Shown here piece after piece: positions 1-4,265 of a stretch of DNA of 4,265 bases. Position numbers and translations under genes: made by a program. The DNA is from a virus (lineage: Duplodnaviria; Heunggongvirae; Uroviricota; Caudoviricetes): positions 1 through 4,265 of the IMG/VR virus record IMGVR_UViG_2541047097_000020; one strand, 5' to 3'. A model generated the notes under the pieces. That model saw only the letters and a list, made by a program, of their open reading frames with translations, was not told the DNA's origin and did not search any database. The first letter of the stretch is position 1, and each line of letters begins with the position of its first letter.

Positions 1-30
1 CAGTAAGACGGGCTTAGCAAGCTGGGACGG

Positions 31-375
31 TTACTTTAATAATTTCAGTGCCTTTACATCCACTTCAACACTGCTCAGGTCTTTATCAATTTCACCCTCA
101 ATTCTTACTTTGTCTTTCGGAGAAACATTCTGACCGGCCCATATGCTGTCATCGATATCCGTGACAATTGTCCCGCTATTGTCACGAAACTCATAACGTT
201 CATCACCCACTTTTTTAACGATGCTCCCTTCAAGGATAACCCATGCATCATCCTTCAGTTCTTTTGCCTGCGCTACTGTTGAACGCTCTGCTTCAGGCCC
301 TTGGAAACCGCCCTGCTGTGCAAAAGCGCCAAAAGACACACCAGAAATAAGTGCTGCAATCAATACCTTTTTCAT
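31..375 (-). CDS. BOF (bacterial OB-fold; YgiW/YdeI, DUF388) family periplasmic protein, 114 aa, with signal peptide
   Basis: ATG at 375 with AAGAGGA 6-7 nt upstream; TAA at 31-33. N-terminus MKKVLIAALISGVSFGAFA is a typical Sec signal peptide. The mature part (QQGGFQGP...TVAQAKELKDD...ERYEFRDNSGTIVTDIDD...VSPKDKVRIEGEIDKD...VEVDVKAL) follows the pattern I recall for E. coli YgiW/YdeI. Family call is from memory, not a search. Confidence 0.8.
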   Translation of the reverse strand: MKKVLIAALISGVSFGAFAQQGGFQGPEAERSTVAQAKELKDDAWVILEGSIVKKVGDERYEFRDNSGTIVTDIDDSIWAGQNVSPKDKVRIEGEIDKDLSSVEVDVKALKLLK

Positions 376-430
376 TCATAGTCCTCTTTCAGAGATGAAC
401 ATTCAAACAGCATTTTCAGTATGGTAAAGC

Positions 431-445
431 GCGGGTGCGTTGAGG
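431..445 (-). promoter_or_regulatory. Candidate 3' fold-back (fbi-like) element of the hok mRNA, complementary to the mRNA 5' end
   Basis: Plus 431-445 gcgggtgcgttgagg; its reverse complement cctcaacgcacccgc matches plus 808-821 cctcaagcacccgc at 14 positions with one extra C. In the minus-strand RNA the two would pair as a 14-bp GC-rich helix with one bulge, about 390 nt apart, flanking the hok ORF. Confidence 0.5.
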
Positions 446-465
446 ATGCCTGACACATCAGAGGT

Positions 466-487
466 GGCGGGAGATTACTCCCCCGCC
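466..487 (-). promoter_or_regulatory. GC-rich stem-loop in the hok 3' UTR
   Basis: ggcgggag-atta-ctcccccgcc gives about 8 bp with a 2-nt bulge. On the minus-strand RNA it is not followed by a U-tract, so it is called a structural element, not an intrinsic terminator. Confidence 0.4.
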
Positions 488-494
488 TGGTCTC

Positions 495-650
495 TTACTT
501 CTCAGATTCGTAGTCTACGAAGACAGCGACCTCCGTCTGACCGGTTCGGATTCGCACCTCGCAGAGGTCTTTCCTCGTTACCAGTGCCGTCACTATGACG
601 GTTAAACAGATGACGATCAGGGCGATTAACATCGCCTTTTGCTGCTTCAT
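495..650 (-). CDS. hok: Hok/Gef family type I toxin (small membrane-active host-killing peptide), 51 aa
   Basis: Product MKQQKAMLIALIVICLTVIVTALVTRKDLCEVRIRTGQTEVAVFVDYESEK: an N-terminal TM helix followed by the conserved Hok motif (RK-LCE-R, then G..EVAAF/VAVF, then YE). It is near-identical to what I recall of E. coli HokD/RelF. ATG at 648-650 with AAGGAG 10 nt upstream; TAA at 495-497. The track ORF 495..707 is the same frame with a 19-codon upstream extension. Confidence 0.88.
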   Translation of the reverse strand: MKQQKAMLIALIVICLTVIVTALVTRKDLCEVRIRTGQTEVAVFVDYESEK

Positions 651-663
651 AGCCTGCTTCTCC

Positions 664-692
664 TTGCCTTTCGGCACGTAAGAGGCTAACCT
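664..692 (+). promoter_or_regulatory. Candidate promoter of the Sok-like antisense RNA
   Basis: Plus-strand TTGCCT (664-669), 17-nt spacer, TAACCT (687-692). It lies inside the hok leader and start region and points antisense to hok, giving a predicted start near 699-700. The -10 is weak (3 of 6), so this rests mainly on position and on the similar arrangement I recall for plasmid R1 sok. Confidence 0.4.
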
Positions 693-698
693 ACATGT

Positions 699-772
699 GT
701 TCAGCATGGATTGAGCCTCAGATTAATGTTAAGCGTCTTGCAGGACGCGTAATGTTAACTGGGGCTTTTCTC
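699..772 (+). ncRNA. sok: Candidate Sok-like antisense RNA, about 70 nt, ends approximate
   Basis: The transcript from the promoter above would be complementary to the upstream in-frame AUG (705-707) and its GAGG (716-719) on the hok mRNA. An imperfect hairpin (about 728-759, core gcgtc/gacgc at 733-737 and 744-748) followed by cttttctct (765-773) could act as its terminator. Confidence 0.35.
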
Positions 773-807
773 TATCTGCCGTTGGTGTTCATGCCCGAGG
801 CAGATAG
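772..807 (-). promoter_or_regulatory. Perfect 9-bp inverted repeat in the hok mRNA leader
   Basis: ctatctgcc (772-780) and ggcagatag (799-807) are exact reverse complements separated by 18 nt. To my recollection the R1 hok leader carries an equivalent repeat (cuuucugcc / ggcagaaag) at the same relative position, which would make the differences here compensatory. Confidence 0.45.
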
Positions 808-854
808 CCTCAAGCACCCGCAGCAATTCTACTTAACTATCCTTTTCCCGCAAA
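808..854 (-). promoter_or_regulatory. Candidate hok promoter and mRNA 5' end (tac-like element)
   Basis: Minus strand: -10 TAGAAT (plus 831..826), with a weak -35 TTTGCG (plus 854..849) 17 nt upstream. The predicted start near 819-821 coincides with the beginning of the 14-nt segment (821..808) that is complementary to 431-445. Confidence 0.4.
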
Positions 855-940
855 CCGTTTTTATCCCCAGCGGCAAATCGAATACACCACCAGCGCCACC
901 GCCATCGCAATTCCTACCGTTGTGAATGCTTCAGGCCAGG

Positions 941-1498
941 TCATTGATTCACCTCCTGCGGCGGTTCTGGTAGCGACATCCAGTGGGTTGCTTGCCTAAG
1001 ATCATTACCCGGACTAACTGCTATACCTCCGCGCCGGAACGTGCCTCCGAGATAGCGTGCGGAATATATTAATGGCCCAGCCTCGCTATCGATATTCATC
1101 GAAATAAGCACGTTCTGGCTCTTTTCAGGCATTCGCTCAGTACAGCTTATCCAGCCATCCAGAGTTATCGGAGATCTGGTTGACGTTTCCGAGATTTCCC
1201 GAAAATTGTTGGTTGACGAATTCTTATTTTCCCGAAAGTTTCCGGCCTGAAGCATGGCGACGCGGCAGGCGTTCCAGCCATCAGCATATGTTTTAGTTAC
1301 ACCGTCGAGATGGCAGGTAAGCAAATCCATTTCATCAGGCACTACCATTGCTATCGGCTCTGCTTCCAGTGATGCCAGCGCGATACGAAACACATTAGCC
1401 AGCAGGCTGTCTGAAGACTTGTTATCGTGCGCCGAGTCGCTCAGGAAGCCTGTGATGTATGATTTAATCTCCGCGCGTTCTCTGGTAATAGTGCTCAT
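941..1498 (-). CDS. Phage protein with C-terminal DUF551-like domain, 185 aa
   Basis: ATG at 1496-1498 lies 1 nt after the stop of the upstream ORF, with AAGGAAAA inside that ORF's 3' end. The C-terminal part (DGWISCTERMPE...ATHWMSLPEPP) matches the W-I-S...LPE and THWMPLPEPP motifs I associate with DUF551 proteins of enterobacterial prophages. The N-terminal half is unassigned. Confidence 0.7.
   Translation of the reverse strand: MSTITRERAEIKSYITGFLSDSAHDNKSSDSLLANVFRIALASLEAEPIAMVVPDEMDLLTCHLDGVTKTYADGWNACRVAMLQAGNFRENKNSSTNNFREISETSTRSPITLDGWISCTERMPEKSQNVLISMNIDSEAGPLIYSARYLGGTFRRGGIAVSPGNDLRQATHWMSLPEPPQEVNQ
1178..1243 (-). repeat. Imperfect 33-bp tandem duplication inside the DUF551 gene
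   Basis: Units at 1178-1210 and 1211-1243 both begin ggttgacg and share ttttcccgaaa; about 22 of 33 positions are identical. They encode the tandem peptide NFRENKNSSTN / NFREISETSTR in the linker before the DUF551 domain. Confidence 0.6.
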
Positions 1499-1499
1499 A

Positions 1500-1718
1500 T
1501 CAGTTTTCCTTATACGGATTAATTTTATTGTGCAGTGCGCTGAATGATTCCCATGTCACATCGGTATATAGCTCAATAACTGGTTCAAATGTCCTTCCAA
1601 TTATCCAGACCAGTAATAGCGGGGATATCGGTATCATCAACACTATAAACAGAATGAAAAACAGAAACTCTGTTGTTCTGCTCTTTCGTGGGTAATTTTT
1701 TTCTAAATAATGTTTCAT
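1500..1718 (-). CDS. Small single-pass membrane protein, 72 aa, function unknown
   Basis: ATG at 1716-1718; stop TGA at 1500-1502 sits 1 nt before the next gene's ATG. One clear hydrophobic helix (FLFFILFIVLMIPISPLLLVWIIG) follows a basic N-terminus. The region is markedly AT-rich compared with its neighbours (judged by eye). Confidence 0.55.
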   Translation of the reverse strand: MKHYLEKNYPRKSRTTEFLFFILFIVLMIPISPLLLVWIIGRTFEPVIELYTDVTWESFSALHNKINPYKEN

Positions 1719-1724
1719 TTCTTA

Positions 1725-1750
1725 CCGCCCTTTCGGGCGGCCTCCTGATG
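1725..1750 (-). promoter_or_regulatory. 5' UTR element: AGGAGG followed by a GC hairpin, upstream of the 72-aa ORF
   Basis: Minus-strand RNA reads CAUCAGGAGG (1750..1741), then CCGCCC-GAAA-GGGCGG (1740..1725, 6-bp stem with a GNRA tetraloop), then UAAGAA, then AUG (1718). The linear distance from AGGAGG to AUG is about 22 nt; the folded hairpin would bring them to normal spacing. Confidence 0.4.
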
Positions 1751-1845
1751 TTCTGAGGGTGCAGGAATCCCTCCGGTTAAGGATTTAATAAAAATCGTTT
1801 CTGATTTAAATCTTCAGTATTTAGTTGTTAGTTGGTTTATCGCCT

Positions 1846-2157
1846 TTATGCTTCAGCCTTATTTCGCAACCAGACACAAACCGGGCCATCTTCCGTATCA
1901 TGAATGGAACCAATAAACCAGCCATCGCCCTCTGGTCGTTCCGGTTCCCATGCAGAAATATCAGCATCACACGCATCAAGGTCAGCACATCCTTCATCTC
2001 TGAAGCAGAGGACGTATTGAAGATTATTTTCCTCCATCCAGGCGTTAAACTCTTCCGTTGAAATATATTCCCGACCATCACAGAATTTTTCATATTCAGG
2101 ATGCGTCCAGCAGCCATATTCATTACGTTCCACTGGCATTTCTTTAATTACGCTCAT
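1846..2157 (-). CDS. Strongly acidic, Cys-rich small protein, 103 aa, function unknown
   Basis: ATG at 2155-2157 overlaps the upstream TGA as ATGA and is preceded by GGGGGG. About 25 Asp/Glu against 8 Lys/Arg, plus 6 Cys. The overlapping same-strand ORF 1821..2123 has no coupling and a junk-like composition. Confidence 0.6.
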   Translation of the reverse strand: MSVIKEMPVERNEYGCWTHPEYEKFCDGREYISTEEFNAWMEENNLQYVLCFRDEGCADLDACDADISAWEPERPEGDGWFIGSIHDTEDGPVCVWLRNKAEA

Positions 2158-2342
2158 TTACCCCCCTTATTTAATTTTCTACGACACTTTTTACAATCAT
2201 CTGGACTTTCGAATGTATCCGGCTCACGCTCATTGCCAAAATACATCCACCCACCGCAAATACTTGTTATTTCACCTTCAGCAAAATAATGATGTTTTTT
2301 CGCCATAAGTGGCCTTGCCCAGCCCGGATTCGTTTTACTCAC
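2154..2342 (-). CDS. Small basic Cys/His-containing protein, 62 aa, GTG start
   Basis: GTG at 2340-2342 overlaps the upstream TGA as GTGA, with AAGGAGG 6 nt upstream. Contains HH and three Cys (ICGG, CKKC) and a Lys/Arg-rich tail; a zinc-binding fold is possible but not proven. Confidence 0.5.
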   Translation of the reverse strand: MSKTNPGWARPLMAKKHHYFAEGEITSICGGWMYFGNEREPDTFESPDDCKKCRRKLNKGGK

Positions 2343-2695
2343 TTGTTGCCTCCTTTGCGAAGCTCTGCGACTAACTCGTCACATATGTGCGTCAAAGAGC
2401 AAAGTTTGATTGCTGGATGTTCGCGCACCATCTCCACACCCTGCGCCCGCAATTCTGCCAGAAAAGCGTAGGGGTCAGTTTTTTCACTGTGGTACATGGC
2501 ATCATAGATAATCATTGCAGCGACACCTGCCTGTCCTGCATCTGTGACGGATATATGCTCAAGGGCTACGGCCATTGCGTGTTTCAACCTCTCATTTTCC
2601 ACCTCAAGCACCACACGATTAGCCTCCAGCTCTTCTATGCGTTTTTTTGCTGCTCCCAGCTCAACACGCAGCTCCTGATAGTTAATCTCGCTCAT
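2339..2695 (-). CDS. Hypothetical phage protein with N-terminal coiled-coil, 118 aa
   Basis: ATG at 2693-2695 overlaps the upstream TGA as ATGA, with GGAGGAAGGAGA immediately upstream. The N-terminus (ELRVELGAAKKRIEELEANRVVLEVENERLKHAM) has a clear heptad-like composition. It may belong to the prophage Ead/Ea22-like group, but that is a guess. Confidence 0.65.
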   Translation of the reverse strand: MSEINYQELRVELGAAKKRIEELEANRVVLEVENERLKHAMAVALEHISVTDAGQAGVAAMIIYDAMYHSEKTDPYAFLAELRAQGVEMVREHPAIKLCSLTHICDELVAELRKGGNK

Positions 2696-2916
2696 TCTCC
2701 TTCCTCCCGCACTGCTGTTTTATATGCCCGAAGCACATGCGATGTTTTTCCTGACACAGTGCTTCTCAGAAAGAAAATTCCACTGGTGTTTATTACCAGA
2801 TACGGGTCAGCAAGACGCAGCATATCCAGTATGTGATTATGTTTTCTTGTTTCCAGCACCGTACTTGAAATAAGCATATGTGACACGGGGCCGAAATCAT
2901 GATATCTGATTTTCAT
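2692..2916 (-). CDS. Hypothetical small protein, 74 aa
   Basis: ATG at 2914-2916 lies 21 nt after the stop of the 232-aa gene, with a weak GGTGA upstream. Its 3' end encodes the strong ribosome-binding site of the next gene and overlaps it as ATGA. No family recognised. Confidence 0.5.
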   Translation of the reverse strand: MKIRYHDFGPVSHMLISSTVLETRKHNHILDMLRLADPYLVINTSGIFFLRSTVSGKTSHVLRAYKTAVREEGE

Positions 2917-2937
2917 ATCATCACCCTGCTGTAAAAA

Positions 2938-3636
2938 TTACCCGTTATCTCCTGTCGTTATTTTCTGTATGACATCACGATGCTTATTAATTTCCCGCAG
3001 CGCGGCGCATAAGCGCTCCCACTTCTGAACCTGACCTTTTGCCCGGCGCAGCTCGCGGTTAGCCACATGCAGCGATGGTAAAATCAGACCATCCGGATGC
3101 TTTCTGGTGAACGACGGCTGTGACTGCACTGTGACCGCCACACTTTCAGTTTTTATTTCTTCCTGTGTTTCCGCTTCCCGGACTGGTAACGCAACACCTG
3201 CTGGCTGAGGAAAGGCTTTACCATCGGTTTCCGTTACCGATGCAGCTTTCGGCTCTGCCGGTAAATTATCGCCCGGTATGCAGTAACGATATTTACCGTC
3301 CTGATTTACGCGAATCAGACGACCTTTGCTGACAGCCATCGCCAGTGATGAATTCGCCCGGCGGGAGGTAATCCCGAACATTAACGCCAGTTCGTCAGCC
3401 GACTGAGGACCATGCTGTTCAATCGCGTTAATCAGCATCTCTGCAGTGGTTTTTGGGGCCGCTTCAGTTGCCTCACTCGTCAGCCACCACATCGACCCCT
3501 TGTTATCAGCTTCGCCACGACGCTTCAGCTTCCAGAGTTCGGTAACAGCATCGTCACGGCTGATTTCAAGACGGGCTGCAATCTCGTGCGACGAGGCTTT
3601 TTTCAGTGCTTTCAGTGCGTCAAAAACGGTTTCCAT
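2938..3636 (-). CDS. Phage protein with two N-terminal winged-helix-like segments and a basic C-terminal helix, 232 aa (possibly DUF1627-like)
   Basis: Preferred start is ATG 3634-3636, preceded by GGGAGG 7 nt upstream and 34 nt after the stop of the P-like gene. The track's longer start at 3702 has no properly spaced ribosome-binding site and would overlap P by 32 nt. Two helix-turn-helix-like stretches ([35 protein letters not shown]; [40 protein letters not shown]), an A/P/E/T-rich linker, then a basic C-terminus. Confidence 0.7.
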   Translation of the reverse strand: METVFDALKALKKASSHEIAARLEISRDDAVTELWKLKRRGEADNKGSMWWLTSEATEAAPKTTAEMLINAIEQHGPQSADELALMFGITSRRANSSLAMAVSKGRLIRVNQDGKYRYCIPGDNLPAEPKAASVTETDGKAFPQPAGVALPVREAETQEEIKTESVAVTVQSQPSFTRKHPDGLILPSLHVANRELRRAKGQVQKWERLCAALREINKHRDVIQKITTGDNG

Positions 3637-3670
3637 TAAATTTTCCTCCCGGTAAAAATTACTTCTCAAC

Positions 3671-4265
3671 TCAGACAAAACCGGCCGCCTTCCGGCGCTC
3701 ATATTCCTGTTTCAGCAATTCAATTGGCGTTGGCCCTGGCGGGCGTTTGGGTGCTGCCAGTTGTCGCCGGACTGGCGGAACACTGAGGCCATTACCAACA
3801 TGCTTTGCCCATTTCGTCAGCTGCCTTTCCACAAGCCGTTTTAACTCCCCTTCGGTCATCTGGCGCTCAATCCCCTTTGAACGCATCTCGAGGCAAATGT
3901 GGTACAGCACCGGCTGTGGCCACGGGTATTTATCACTCCCGTCGTACCGCCAGGATTCATTCCTCCAGCGACGGTACTCCTCCATCACGGCATCCACCGT
4001 CAGGCCAAATGGATTTGCCCCGCTCTCCGAAATCAACGCCACAAACTCAGCCAGATCCGGAGGCCACGTTTCACCCGCCCGGCAGCGGTCCATGCACTGA
4101 CGGCAGACCTGCCGGATTTGCTGTTCAGTCATCGCGCCAATCTGAGCAATCCAGAGCTTCGACGGCGCAGCCCCGTTCTTCTGGGTCCAGCGGTTCGAAT
4201 ACACCTCCCCCATAAGTTCCCACAGCTTCCAGGCCGTTTCCGTTGCTGATAAATCCGTTTTCACG
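3671..4265 (-). CDS. P: Lambda P-like replication protein (DnaB helicase loader); 5' end lies outside the window
   Basis: The translation lines up block-wise with lambda P as I recall it: [12 protein letters not shown] against [27 protein letters not shown] against YPWKSNAHYWLVTNLY, and a similar Pro-rich basic tail. TGA at 3671-3673. The frame is open to the window edge and the track start is only an edge GTG; about 30-35 N-terminal residues are probably missing. Confidence 0.8.
   Translation of the reverse strand, partial: VKTDLSATETAWKLWELMGEVYSNRWTQKNGAAPSKLWIAQIGAMTEQQIRQVCRQCMDRCRAGETWPPDLAEFVALISESGANPFGLTVDAVMEEYRRWRNESWRYDGSDKYPWPQPVLYHICLEMRSKGIERQMTEGELKRLVERQLTKWAKHVGNGLSVPPVRRQLAAPKRPPGPTPIELLKQEYERRKAAGFV

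Noticed and set aside
221-427. Plus-strand 68-aa ORF
   Set aside because: Antisense to the well-supported BOF gene; no ribosome-binding site.
466-487. hok 3' UTR hairpin as the hok terminator
   Set aside because: It is not followed by a U-tract, and the predicted mRNA must extend past it to 431 to include the 3' pairing element.
695-925. Plus-strand 76-aa ORF
   Set aside because: Lies across the hok leader and promoter region on the opposite strand. The region is better explained by hok mRNA structure and the Sok promoter.
1725-1740. Hairpin CCGCCC-GAAA-GGGCGG as an intrinsic terminator
   Set aside because: No U-tract follows the stem on either strand's transcript; the T-rich run lies on the wrong side. 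Interpreted as a 5' UTR structure instead.
1821-2123. Minus-strand 100-aa ORF overlapping the 103-aa ORF in another frame
   Set aside because: No coupling or ribosome-binding site, and a basic Met/Arg-rich junk-like sequence. The 1846..2157 frame has the ATGA overlap and GGGGGG upstream.
1254-2471. Plus-strand ORFs 1254..1547, 1825..2061, 2101..2289, 2289..2471
   Set aside because: Each is antisense to a minus-strand gene with better start context; short, with no recognisable features.
2387-2836. Plus-strand 149-aa ORF
   Set aside because: Antisense to the translationally coupled 74- and 118-aa minus-strand genes; Cys/His/Phe-rich composition typical of the reverse strand of a coiled-coil gene.
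2931-3662. Shared 11-mer GTAAAAATTAC at 2931-2941 and 3652-3662, both just upstream of gene starts
   Set aside because: One or two 11-mer repeats are expected by chance in a window this size, and there is no flanking conservation. Possibly coincidental.
3637-3702. Longer start at 3702 for the 232-aa gene (254-aa version)
   Set aside because: It would overlap the P-like gene by 32 nt and has AGGA only 2 nt from the ATG, whereas ATG 3634-3636 has GGGAGG at ideal spacing.
3412-4249. Plus-strand ORFs 3412..3639, 3446..3655, 3606..4100, 3805..4215 and 3899..4249 (69-164 aa)
   Set aside because: All are antisense to the P-like and 232-aa genes in a GC-rich stretch where long antisense frames arise by chance. 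Their products are Arg/Ser/Pro/Cys-rich and low-complexity, and they lack ribosome-binding sites and coupling.

Overview
Every convincing gene in this 4265-bp window is on the minus strand, and the layout reads as the early-right (post-replication, nin-like) accessory region of a lambdoid prophage of Enterobacteriaceae. Right to left, in the direction of transcription: the 3' part of a lambda-P-like replication gene, cut by the window edge; a 232-aa protein with two winged-helix-like segments; four small ORFs (74, 118, 62, 103 aa) joined by overlapping stop/start codons; a low-GC two-gene insertion (72-aa single-TM protein plus a 185-aa DUF551-type protein); a complete hok/sok-type type I toxin-antitoxin locus; and a BOF (YgiW/YdeI) family periplasmic protein gene. 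The hok locus is the best-supported finding: the toxin ORF is bracketed by complementary mRNA 5' and 3' end elements, and an antisense promoter sits where Sok would be expected. The plus-strand ORFs in the track are judged antisense artefacts. I see no tRNA, rRNA, CRISPR array, IS element or att site. All family assignments come from reading the translations and from remembered family features; no database search was run.
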